Positions 21,868-33,283 of a stretch of 64,000 nt of DNA are shown here, one piece after another. Under the pieces are notes generated by a model, which had not been told where the DNA came from, did not search any database, and worked only from the letters and a program-made list of their open reading frames with translations. Positions within the stretch are counted from its first letter, which is position 1, and each line of letters starts with the position of its first letter. The DNA comes from Octopus sinensis (lineage: Eukaryota): positions 29,636,001 through 29,700,000 of the forward strand of contig NC_043020.1 of the NCBI RefSeq assembly GCF_006345805.1, in the 5' to 3' direction. The position numbers and the translations under genes are program-made.

Positions 21868-22200
21868 CCTTAACACTTGGATTATCCTGTTAAGTGTGAT
21901 CTCCTCAAGGTTGGTCGAAGGGGATTCCTTGCCCAGTTGGTGTGGCAGATGCTTACAGCCGTTTGGAATGATAGGGAAAGAGCGAAGGGTGGCTGTGCAC
22001 AGGATGAAAGAGGCAGCAGAAAGGGCCGCTTGCTGGTTACGGAGCAGGAGAGAGGAGTGAAACTGCAAGCCAGGAGATGATGAGCAATAATTTGACAGCC
22101 TCTACAGACCCACCAACGGGAGGCTGTCACAATTCAGGGTCAAAACACCTGATGGTCATTGGATACCATCTGATGGCATCAGTTGCTCCTGGCCAAAGCT
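21868..22200 (+). mobile_element. 3' end of a HERO/NeSL-like non-LTR retrotransposon (REL-domain C-terminus plus UTR)
   Basis: Frames give LKVGRRGFLAQLVWQMLTAV, then GMIGKERRVAVHRMKEAAERAACWLRSRRE, matching the PVEVGCRGF...AAE.AS.WLW signature as I recall it. Confidence 0.75.
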
Positions 22201-22617
22201 CCGTTCACTTTGGTCAGTGGGAAAAAAGTGCCTTCTTGCAGATGTTATCAATAACAATCATTTTTGAGATTTCAAAGATGTGATTGCTTATTAGAATGAC
22301 ATTGTAGGGTATACGTGACAGGTCAAATCTGGCCAGTTTCAGCAAAAAAACAGGTCAAATATTTGGACAGATATGGCCAGTTTAAATCCTAAAGAGTTAA
22401 ATTAAAATCTCTTTAATGATAAAGTCATTTATTTTACCAAATCATTCCAAATTGTTGATTATCCTCATTACTTGACTGTTATTTTTTCCCTAAAGGATGA
22501 AAGGCAAAGTTGACCTTGATAAGATTTGAACTCAAGCATTAAAAAGCCAGAAATAATTCTAGCCATTTTATTCAATGCTCTAACAAGTCTGCTAATCCAC
22601 CACCTTAAATACCAGCA

Positions 22618-22817
22618 CCCTTCAGCATTCAAACTGGCCATACCCAGCCCAAAACTTCTACCTGTTTTATGTTCAAAGTGGCCAGATCTTGTCTGTCACA
22701 CCTACCCTACAATGCCATTCTAAAAATAATTAATCACATCTTGAAAATCTTGAAGCTATGAGTAATGCATGACTAATTCAAAACAATCTGAATAAATGAG
22801 CATTGAATAATTAAGGG
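22618..22817 (-). mobile_element. piggyBac-type MITE
   Basis: Termini ccttcagc...aagggTTAA; same family as 54618-55036; a partial copy lies at 22250-22400. Confidence 0.65.
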
Positions 22818-23084
22818 TTAATTATGAAGTTAATTAGTTTACTAAATCACTCCAGATTGTTGATTATTTTCTTTAATGAATTCAGTGTATTTCATTAGAA
22901 ATATGGGTGGTGAGAGTTAAGGGTGAAAGGTGTAAAATTAAGTCAGTGATCTTAGCTGAACCATTAGCATGCCGGACAAAATGCAGAGTAGCATTCCGTC
23001 TGTCACTACATTCTGAGTTCAAATTCCACTGAGGCTGACTTTACCTTTCATCTTTTCAGGGGGTTGATAAAATAAGTTATCTTT

Positions 23085-23290
23085 ATCGAGGCATCATCCA
23101 GTCAGGCCGATTGCCCAGACCAGCCTCACTACCTCTCTCCATCCTCCTAATCTTCCATTAGTATTTTTTAGGTCTTTGATTTGGCATCAAGCATCTTCTA
23201 CAAGGCTGTTGTATATACATCCTCCATGGTCGTCAAGCTGCTGTGGTACCATGATCTGGTGTCCCACCATAATGACCAGCAAACCTCAAT
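23085..23290 (-). mobile_element. Decayed RTE-clade 3' fragment (different subfamily)
   Basis: Minus strand LRFAGH...YIQQ..VEDA*CQIKDLK..MED.EGWREVVRLV with frameshifts. Confidence 0.55.
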
Positions 23291-24100
23291 CTCTGACCCT
23301 AGAAAATCTTGATTAAATTCCATCCAAAACATGCAAACATGGAAAAGTGGACATTAAGACAATGGTGATGATGATGATCAGAGATATACTGGATAGTATT
23401 ATCCTAGGTAGACAAAAAAACAGGATGGTCAGATCTGGAATGTCTTTGATCATAGTCCTGCTCAGTGCTGACCAGGGTCTAAACAACAATAGCCAAACAG
23501 TCTCTTCCCTCTTAAATGATTCAGATAAATTCTTTCAGTTGCCAAATGAAATGTTCCAAGATTCCTCTAAAAGAATGGAGAAACTATTCCAATGATAATA
23601 AATCTCTAAATCTCCCACTTTAAACAAGTTTTTTTCAAGAAAAAGACTTGACATTTCTCTTCCTTAGATTGGCAAATGATATAAAAATGTGGCAGGAGAA
23701 TTTTGGAAAATAAGTTATCATTTGATATGGAATAGAAACAACAGAAGATCTTGCTTTTGATAATATCTGGACTGAGTAGAAACCCAGAAGAAAATAAGAC
23801 AATTGAAGTTTTTTTTCTTTCACGAATTCTTATAAAAATATTGTCTTGGCCTTCACTTTGGAACCACATATTATTCCTCTAAACAAATGGTGATTAACTC
23901 ATTTGTTTTCATTGTTTTTGCAATTATGGTAAAATGTTTTACGTTAATTTACTCATTAAATAACTATCTCAGTAATTTTTTTCTTGTTATGATAATGAGA
24001 GAGAGAGCGTGTGATATAACACTCTTTTATCTAAGACAAGATGGCTGTTAGTTGACTGATGACAGCAGCTGTGCATTAGAGGTATTATTAGTAATATGAG

Positions 24101-24133
<33 letters not shown>

Positions 24134-24704
24134 CACACACATATATATATACAACTATATTACAGACTTCATAGTTTCTTATTGCTTTAGGAGTGCATAT
24201 GAGGAATGTGTGATGTGACGTGACGTGATGTGTGTATAAAGAAAATATGTTGGATGCTTGCAGTATATGGGTGTAATGGTGCCAGAGGTTAGACGGGAGG
24301 AGATTTGGAAGGAAGGAAGACAGGCGTGAGTTAGATAAGATTTTTGGGGAGAGTTAAAACTCGTGAATGAGGAATTAGTCATAGAAACGAACCCAGTGTG
24401 CAGCATCAGCTGTGTTGGTTCTTCATCTTGTTGTTATTACAGTTTGGTCGTTTGCTTAAAATAATATGGCTGATGGGGGAAAAAATAACTCAGGCGAGCA
24501 TTCTGCATGTTAAATGCAAACATGGTAGGGTCTTGCATACGTAATATTGCATGTTGGAAACTTTGGTTAGCCTAAGTTAGCCTAGCAACTTGTATACACA
24601 ATCCCTTTAAGGCTTGTGTCTATCAAGGGAGTCCACGAAACAAGCGAGGGGGGTAGCGCCAGTAAGATTATTGGTTGGAATTATTTGGACAATAAAGAAA
24701 ATAC

Positions 24705-25008
24705 AGGTTCAGTCCCACTATTTGGCACCTTGGGCAAATTTTGTTCTGCTATAGCCCTGGGTCACCTGGAGCCTTGTGAGTGGATTTGCTTGACGGAAAC
24801 TAAAAGAAGCCTGTCATACATGTGTGTTTATATTTGTTCCCCACCACTACTTGAGAACTAGTGTTGGTTTGTTTACATCCTCACAACCAACAGAATGCAT
24901 ACCAGGCTTAAAAAATAAGTACAGGGGTCATTTTGTTCATCTAAACCCTTCAAAGTGATGCCCCAGCATGGCCACAGTCCAATGACTAAAACTGTAAAGG
25001 ATAAAAGA
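24705..25008 (+). mobile_element. SINE family A
   Basis: ggttcagtcccactatttggcaccttgggcaa...cagcatggccacagtccaatgactaaaac. Confidence 0.8.
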
Positions 25009-25671
25009 ACTCATCTTAGACATTTAACATTGACTGAGAGATGTTCAGTTGCTACATGTTCACTTGCTACATGTAGCGTTATTGAGTTGTTGGAGCCGTT
25101 TACTATTTGGGTGTCGCTATTTAAAGTCTGTCTCACAATGCTGTCTGATTCTATCTCAGTAGTCTTTGGTAAGCGTAGAGCAGAGGTAAGTTGCTAATGG
25201 GTCAAATCAATGACCTGGTTCCAAACCTTGGCTAAAAGAACGATTTCCTAAGCAAATGGTAATTTCAGTAGAACACATTATTGATCTTGCTTTGATTTCC
25301 AAATAAAGATTTGATTTCACTCTGGGGTGCAATTGGCTGATGCAGTGCAGTGTAATTCTGTTGTTGTTTAAACTCACACCTGCCAGAAATAGCACCTAAA
25401 TAGCCCTCAAATTACATTCTGCTGTCTTCAAAGAAGAACATGTTTTTTTCATATATCCCTGGGTAAACGGTCTTAGAAAAAAACTTGTCATGCTTTGAAT
25501 GTCTTTAAATGTAATCATGCTGGATCTGATCTGAAATGAATCAACCCTTTGGTACCAACCTGCTTGGGGTCACCTCTGGTTCTATGATCCCAAACCCCTT
25601 GTTTTAAAGTCACTTAAATTAAAACTTCCATCAAAATTTCTTGTTAATTTCTGTTCTGAACATGACATTAA

Positions 25672-25891
25672 CCCTTTTTATACTAACCCGGCTGAAACCG
25701 CCTTTGGCTCTTAGTACAAATGTCTTGTTTTCATAAGTTTTGAATTAAAATCTTCCACCAAACCTTAGTCACAATTTATATTCCTAACCCTAGATGAATG
25801 ATAACTAAGTTATTTTACTAAACTCTTTGTTATATTTAAAATAATTGGAAGAAACACAGAGCATCTCAAAATAAATACAATAACGAAAGGG
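25672..25891. mobile_element. piggyBac-type MITE (second family) with TTAA TSD
   Basis: TTAA(25668-71)-cccttt...aaaggg-TTAA(25892-95); a partial sister copy lies immediately upstream at about 25545-25667. Confidence 0.75.
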
Positions 25892-26014
25892 TTAATGAGT
25901 TATTTTACTTAATTCATCAGTGATTTTGAAATCTGTTACCAAAGCCTTGTGAGTAGATTTGGTCGAGGGAAACTGAAAGAAACCTCTGTATGTGTGTGTG
26001 TGTGTGTTGTTGGA

Positions 26015-26252
26015 GTTTCCTTGTCATGACTGCTTGATAGTTGCAGAATGAGTGCCACCATTATACAAGTGGTGTCATTTGTTTCCAATCTTCTGTGAAA
26101 ACATGTCTTGTAATGGAGGAAAATCCTCTTGTTTAGAAACGGATGAGGATTGTCAACAAGAAGGGCACCACCTGACCATAGCAAATCTTCCCCAACAAAT
26201 TCCATCCAACCCATGCCAGCATGGAGAAGTGAATGCCAAAGTCATGATGAAA
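26015..26252 (+). mobile_element. Family C copy (C2 variant)
   Basis: gtgtcatttgtttccaatcttctgtgaaaacatgtc...aagaagggcacc...ccaacccatgccagcatggagaagtg. Confidence 0.75.
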
Positions 26253-26277
26253 CACAGCTCTTCAGCAGAAATAACTT

Positions 26278-26615
26278 TTACCTTTTGTCTCTTGTTTCAA
26301 TCATTGGACTATGGCCATGATGGGGCACTGCCTTGAAGAAATTTTAGCTGAATGAATTGACCCCAGTTTTTTATTTTTTGTTTAGGCCAGTGCATATGCT
26401 ATCTGCCTATTTTGTTGAACCACTAGGTTACAGGGACATAAACACACCAACACCGGTTATCAAGCAGTGGTGAGACACACACACACACACATAGATGGTG
26501 GCCTCCTTTCAGTTTCTTTCTGAAAGGCTGGAGTAGAAGACACTTGCCCAAAGTGCCATGCAGTGGGACTGAACCCAGAACCATGTGGTTGGGAAGCAAA
26601 CTTCTTAACACACAG
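26278..26615 (-). mobile_element. SINE family A with internal deletion
   Basis: A 3' and 5' parts are present; the accaaatccactcacaagg segment is missing. Confidence 0.8.
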
Positions 26616-26909
26616 CCACACCTGCTCCTATGGTAACAAAAAAGATTAAACAATGGGTCTTTTTTCCTTTCTTTCTTTTTCTGTTCTGCAGGAATCGGTC
26701 CTTCTCGTTGCACCTCACCCCACCCCCAAATGTTTTCTCTTATTTTCATGCTCCATCAATACATCACTACTCATAATTCCTTTTCTCCAGTTTCCAATCA
26801 ATTTTTCCACTCTCAGTGCATTTTACCTGTAATCTACCTTTTTACAAAGGTAATCCGAGACAATCTTTTCATGCCAAACTTTCTCTATTGTTCTGTGAGA
26901 TTTCTTAAA

Positions 26910-26949
26910 TTGATTTTGTTTTTTTTTCTTTTTCTCATTTCAGGTAAGT
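26910..26949 (+). other. Strong 3' splice site immediately followed by a consensus 5' splice site (CAG|GTAAGT)
   Basis: Branch-like TTGAT (A at 26913), 25 of 27 pyrimidines at 26914-26940, CAG at 26941-43, GTAAGT at 26944-49. Confidence 0.5.
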
Positions 26950-27171
26950 GTTATTATCTTCTTGAGTGGTATGATTGGTTTGATTTCAATGTTTATATCT
27001 TCGGGTGACCCCTGCTTACCTGAGCTGATCCAAAACAGTAAGTGACGATTTTATATTAATTTTTGTTTGATGTTCCGGATATGAAATTACTTAACTCTAT
27101 TATTTCAATCAATGTTTTGTTGTTCTGCTTCTTTTTTTTCTTTGTCTCTTTCTATTATTATTATTATTATT

Positions 27172-27750
27172 AAGGCAGCGAGCTGGTAGAACCGTTAGCA
27201 CGTCAGTCGAAATGCTTGGCGGTATTTCGTCTATTGCTACGTTCTGAGTTCAAATTCCACTGAGGTCGATTTTTCCTTTCATCCTTTTAGGGTCAATAAA
27301 TTAAGTACCAGTGAAACACTGGAGTTGATGTGTTCAACTGTCCTCCTCCCGTAAAATCTAGGCCTTGTGCTGATAGCAGAAAGGATTATTATTATTGTTA
27401 TTAAGGCGGCAAGTGAATAGAATGAATGACAGTTGAGAACAGGGGTCAATGGAATCAACTTAACCCTGCCCCCTACAATTACTAGCCTTGTGCCAAAACT
27501 TGAAACCATTATTATTGTTGTTGTTGTAAGGGGGAAAGCTGCTAGAAGCCTTACCGCATCAGACAAAATACTTCGCATCACTTTTTCTGACATTACGTTC
27601 TGAGATCAAATTCTGCTGTAGTTGAGTTCACCTTTCAGCTTTTCAGGGTTAATAATCTGAAGTACCAGTCATGTACTGGGGTCAGTGTAATCTACTAGCC
27701 CTCTCCCTCAAAATTTTATGCTTTGTGCCCATAGTGAGAAGTATTATCAT
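27172..27750 (+). mobile_element. Chain of three SINE family B copies (B2 tail)
   Basis: Each begins aagg(c/g)gg after an (ATT)n run and ends ggccttgtg...gattattatt. Confidence 0.8.
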
Positions 27751-28620
27751 CATCATTTTTATGTACTATCGTCATCATCACATTCGTTTTCCATGCTGGC
27801 ATGGGTTGGACAGTATATACACACACACAAACACACACATAGATAGATAGATATCTTTTGGTGATGGATATTAGTGAAGGACATAAGCATCAAAGAGTAG
27901 ACCCCAAAATCAATGCTTTACAAATGAAGTCCTTTGACATGTTTGTTCTGCACTGGATTAGATACTCCCTTGTTGCTCTTGTCATCACAGACGAAAGAAA
28001 TTGCTGATTGGGTCCCTTAACCTGTAAAATAAATGCTGTTTATTTTTTTACAGTTGCCATTTACAAAGTAAATAATTAATTATAATTTATGCGATTAATA
28101 TAAGAATGAAGCAGAAATAAAATTTTGAAACTAAAGAAAAAAATAAAGAAAACCACCCTGCTTATTAGGGATTAGTCATGATGAGATCAAAGGATGAAGC
28201 ATAAATCTTTTTTCTACCTGGTTGGATGCTGTCATTTAAATCCTGGAATCGCAACTGATGATGAGAAACACCATTTTGGAATTGGAATTTTACCTTTGTG
28301 TGTCATTGTGGGAAAATTTTGCATGGAATGGAAGGGAAATACCTTTTAGTAAAATATCATCATCATCATCATCATCCTTCTCATCATCACCACTATCATC
28401 CTCATCATTATCAGTCTCAACAGCATTATCATCATCATCATCATCGTTATTGTGGATTGGCAAGAACATTAGAAAAACTGAATAAATTCATTGCCATTTT
28501 TTGTCTTCTGGTCTTTTAAACTCTGAGTTCAAACCCTGCCATGGTTAACTTTGCTTTTCATCCTTCCTTAAAAACTGCTGGCCTTGTGCCATCATTATTA
28601 TTATTATTATTATTATTATT

Positions 28621-28840
28621 AAGGCAGTGGGCTGGTAGAATTTGTTAGCAAGCTGGGCAAAATGGTTAACAGCATTTCAGCTGTCTATGTTCTGAGTTCA
28701 AATTCTGCTGGGGTCAGCTTTGCCTTTCATCCTTTTGGGGTCAATAAAATAAGTTCCAGTTGCATACTAGGGTTGATGTAATCAAATAGCCCCTTTCCCC
28801 CAAAATCCTTGTGCCTACAGTAAAATGGATTATTATTATC
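28621..28840 (+). mobile_element. SINE family B (B2 tail)
   Basis: Follows (ATT)n; tgagttcaaattc...gcctttcatccttttggggtc...ccttgtgcctacagt; a shorter copy lies at 28490-28590. Confidence 0.8.
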
Positions 28841-29254
28841 ATTATTTTTTTTTCCTCTTTCTTTCCATAATATCTCTGACTAAATTACATTATCTAATTC
28901 GAATCTTACCGACATTGGAATCGTGTCAGTTGATATTTAGCTGCATTCTTCTGAAACTGTAAACCAAATGCTTTGGTTTTAAACTTTGGAGCCAAAAATC
29001 TATTTTTAGACATGTAAGCTGATCCATGAGCCACATGGCTGCATGGAGGTTCTTGGAGAACTTAAACAAACACGACCTTATTGACTTGAAAAACTAAGAT
29101 CATAGGAAAACGTGTTGAGTGCCAAACACAATATTATCTCAGAAGAGGAAATGGTGTTTTCCTTTCATTCATCTGATTTGTTTTTAGAGGGTTTTTGTAT
29201 GCAGTGTAATTTTTTTTTTTTTTTTAATTTTATTATTTGCTTGGTTCCATCTTT

Positions 29255-29570
29255 AGAGTACGGTCATGCTACAGCACCACCTTGAAGGGCTGAACAAATC
29301 AACCCTAGTATTTATTTTTTAAGCTTGGTAGATGTTCTTTTGGTTTTGGGGTTTTTTTTAATCTTTTTCTGAACGGCTAGATTATTGGGATGTAAACAAA
29401 CCAACAGTTTGTCAAGCAGTGGTGGGGACAGACAGACAGACACACACACACAAAACAGGCTTCTTTCCGTTTCCGTTTACCAAATCCACTCAGAAGGCTT
29501 TAGTTGGCCCAGGGCTACCGTAGGAGACACTTGCCCAAGGTACTGTGCAGTGGGACTGAACCCAAGACCA
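29255..29570 (-). mobile_element. SINE family A
   Basis: Reverse complement of A with the head truncated. Confidence 0.75.
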
Positions 29571-30477
29571 CATTTTGTTAGGAATTGGGTTTTTCAACCT
29601 CACAGCTGAATCTGCCTGTTGCATAGCTACAAGATTCTTTTTTTTTTTTTGTATTGTTAACAAATTCCTTAGAAAATTCAAGTTCAAGGTTTGGAGTCCA
29701 ATAAAAACTCCAAAATGGTTTTTTTGAAATATAAAAGACTGATGGCGTTTGGGTTTTGGTTTCTTACTCCTTCCTCAGAGAGATTCTTCAGAACTGGCAT
29801 CTTGGTGGTCGTTTGCCAGGGGGAATATAATCTCGCTGCCACTACCAATGGTTGCATATTTAATTCATTTATGTCTTGCCAAGCCTTAAGTAGAATTATA
29901 TTCCTCCTGGAAGCTGCCTTTGAATGAATAATCACTTCTCCGACTGATAATCTCCTGCTCAAGTTTCGTTTACAAAATACACCACAAAAAGCTTAGAAGC
30001 TGTGTGTACATATATGTGTGTGTGTGTGTGTGTGTGTGTACATATATATTGTTGTTGTCTTTTAATCTTCGTTCCCCACCATGGCCACCACCACCACCAC
30101 TAGCTATATCATTAAGTGCTGATATATACTTTTTAAACCAAATCGCTGTAACTTTATATTTGATAGTTGAGTTTTTTTTCTTGTTTTTTTTATTTTAAAT
30201 AAATAAATATAACATCTTGTAATACATTCTTTCCGCTTGCCTGCCTCGTCTGATAATTACTCGAGGCTGTCAGTTATTTCGCTGCCCCTATCTCCTCCTC
30301 ATCATCTTACATTGCAATGAACTTTTATTATCGACGATTATTCAATGTCTGTCTTTGGAATTGCAGTTATTCAAAGTTCGTTATTTATTTAGCTATTTCC
30401 TAATGAGCAATTCTCTTGCAACCAAATTATTCTGCGTGTCTCTGCTTCTTTATGCAAATTATATAATATGATCATAT

Positions 30478-30835
30478 CTGGTTGTGTGGTTAAGAAGCTC
30501 GCTTGGCAGCCACTTGGCTTCAGGTTCAATCCTACTACACAACACTTAGAGCAAATGTCTGCTACTGATTGAATTTGGTATATGGATATTGTGAGGAAGC
30601 CTATCATATATGGATGTGTATGTTATTATGTTTATGTTGTCTTTGTCTCCCATCACGACCAGTGTTGGTTTGTTTATGCCCCTGTAACTTAACAGTTCAG
30701 CCAAAGAGAATGATAAACTAAGTACCAGGCTTTAAAACCAAAAATAAACACCGGGGTTAATTTGTTGAACTGAAGCCCTTCAAGGTGCTGCCCCAGCATG
30801 GCCTGAGTCTAACACCTGAAACAAGTAAAAAAATA
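30478..30835 (+). mobile_element. SINE family A, diverged full length
   Basis: ggttgtgtggttaagaag...ccccagcatggcc...gaaacaagtaaaa. Confidence 0.75.
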
Positions 30836-31089
30836 AAAATGATAAATTACTGTTTGTCTCTTTATGCAAATTGTTTAATTTAATTATATACATGTTTATC
30901 TGATGTTGACACCGAAGTCGTTATCTTCAGAGTTCGTTAAAGGTCAAGTAATTTATTTAAGCTGATGAGGGAATGTTGTCAGTAAACAAACGATGAAATA
31001 TCAACAGTTTCAACTTTGGCCATTAAATATCAAATTATACACGCAGGCTGTATATGATATGATAGGGAGAGACTGTTTACACAGGGCCA

Positions 31090-31725
31090 CCATGCAGCTG
31101 GGATCCCTATTAAATGGGGAAATATTGATGTTTTGTGACTCACTACATACCCTATTCACTGAAGGCTTAGTAGAGGTGTGGGAAGCAATGAAGCCAGGAA
31201 GGTAAAGGGGTACGTCTACTTGGGGTACACAGTGAACCTGCACTGAAGCATATACGACTGTTGAACTCTCAAAGAGAATACAAGCAGGATGGAAGGCCTT
31301 TATCTCAATAGGGAACAGGCTCAAAGCAAAGCTGGATAAGACCCATATGTGCTTGGCTCCTCTACATGTGATTCCTTGGGCTATAGAGGGAAGAACATCG
31401 GATTGGTGACCATGCAAAAAGCCATGGACAGATCTATGCTGGGAATATTGTTGTGAGAAGATAGCTAAATGAAATAATTTGAGAATGAAGCAGGGTGAGT
31501 GAAGTGATCGCAGAATACCAAAAGGGCTAAAATCCAGTGGATTGGACATGTTGCAATGTTCACGGATGACAGGTGGATCCTTGCAGTTGGCAAGTAGCAT
31601 CCAGCAGATGAGAAAAGGCCACTCAAAATCCTCCATGGTGATGGGAGGATAATTAAATGATTTAGGCCAAAATGGTTAAGAATGGTGCGGCCAAGAAAGA
31701 ATTGGAAGTGCATTGTGACCAGTGA
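31090..31725 (+). mobile_element. Decayed RTE-clade LINE 3' ORF fragment
   Basis: YVYLG, KRIQAGWKAF and QWIGHVAMFTDDRWILAVGK*HPADEKRP motifs, with stops and frameshifts. Confidence 0.8.
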
Positions 31726-32929
31726 TGTATAACATCTAATTGTCTGATCGAAACAGTGATATACATTCTGTATAGCTTTGGTTTTCTGGAACCTTTGGTG
31801 CCAAAACCATTTTAGACAACTGATTTTTTTTTCTTCAAGCCAGGGATGATCACCTTTGAATTAAATATTGAAGCTAATTAAATAATTAAATGAAAGCCAG
31901 GTATGTGTGCATTAGTATAAATGGTAGAAGCTTATTGGTATTGTACAAGATGCTGTGGGAAATGGTTTCCCAGTAAACTAGAGAAGGGGTCACTGGAATT
32001 TGGTGTTCTTATTTGTAAATGAGTGCAGACTACAAGTGCCGAGAAAGTTACTGTTGTACTTCTAGTAATATTGTGAGTTAAAAAACATCGATTTACTAAG
32101 CTTATCCATGCAGTTAGTAGACAAAGTTACCCTCTAACAGTGTTCAGAATCTAACATCCAACATGTCAGGAAGATAAATCTAGTGAGGTCAGCTAATTGA
32201 ATTTGGAGGAAGATAATTAGACAAAACCAGTATATAAGGAATATAACCATAGTAATTTCAGCTAATTGAATTTTTAAAAAATAAAGATGGAGATGAGAGT
32301 AAGTCTTTAATGTCAACTGGTAAAATTAATACATATTTCAGTCTTATCAGACCTCTTCAGGGAGGCATGTTACTTTTGTTGTTTAACCCCAGGTTGGTTT
32401 TGATTTTTCAGTCCCATGATCAAAGACCATAATATTTCTTTTTTTTTTTAGGCATAGTGTACCTTGGACAACATTATCTAGTCTGTTTTATTCTTTCAAG
32501 ATTGTCATGTGCTGGTATTTTGCTATTATTTCTATCAGGCCCCTTAACCATAAAGGGGTTTCATCATTGAATCACACAAATAAGTTTTGATTCTCAGTTA
32601 GAACCTTGTCATTTCACAGAAACTGCTGCTACATAGAGAAAAGGATGAGCTGCAGGTCTTAGCATTTTACCATTCTTACCTAAAATTTAGAACCATGCTC
32701 CTAACAGCTGCTACAGTTTAGTGAAGCAGCATGATGGTAGAACTAATTGAATACCTGGCTACATGGCTTGCAATATTTGCAGAAACAGTGAAGCATCTAC
32801 CAATATTGTTTTACCATATTTAGTTCCAATTATTTGCATATGTCATAAGAATTCAAAAACTTTGAGACATGTGAAATAAATCACTTTTAACAGAGAAACT
32901 CAAAATAGATAAAGCTATAAATAATACTT

Positions 32930-33135
32930 TCTACCCTAGGCACAGGGCCTAAAATTTGGGAGAAGGGGTAAGTTGATTGCATCGACCTCCCCACCTAGGG
33001 CTCAGCTGTTTTTTTATCGACCCTGAACAGATCAAAGGTAAAGTCGGCCCCAGTGGAATTTGAACTCAGAACATAAAGACAGACAAAATACCACTAAGCA
33101 TTTTGCCCAATGTGCTAACAATTCTCCAGGTTCAC
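32930..33135 (-). mobile_element. SINE family B (B2 tail)
   Basis: ggcacagggcctaaaattt...ggaatttgaactcagaac...cactaagcattttgccc. Confidence 0.8.
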
Positions 33136-33211
33136 CATCTTTGATAAAGCTTTAAATAATAGCAAGTAAATATTGGGGGTGGAAAACCCCCTTCAGATAG
33201 AAAAAGTCAAA

Positions 33212-33283
33212 GGTTGCCCATGGATTTGAGACCCACATCTCCTGTAACCATGACATATGTTCTACCATTGGACCCAAGCAATC
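33212..33283 (-). pseudogene. Degenerate tRNA-like sequence (TGG/Pro-like anticodon position), probable tRNA pseudogene
   Basis: 72 nt: acceptor GATTGCT/GGCAACC, D-loop CAATGGTA, loop CATGGTT, T-arm GTGGGTCTCAAATCCAT; TTTTT 6 nt downstream; several stem mismatches. Confidence 0.45.

Noticed and set aside
28255-28269. CTGATGA...GAAAC hammerhead-like words (also CTGATGA at 30962)
   Set aside because: No stem II or stems I/III can form.
29684-29962. 92-aa minus-strand ORF in unique sequence
   Set aside because: No recognisable domain or convincing splice sites; BLASTx would be needed.
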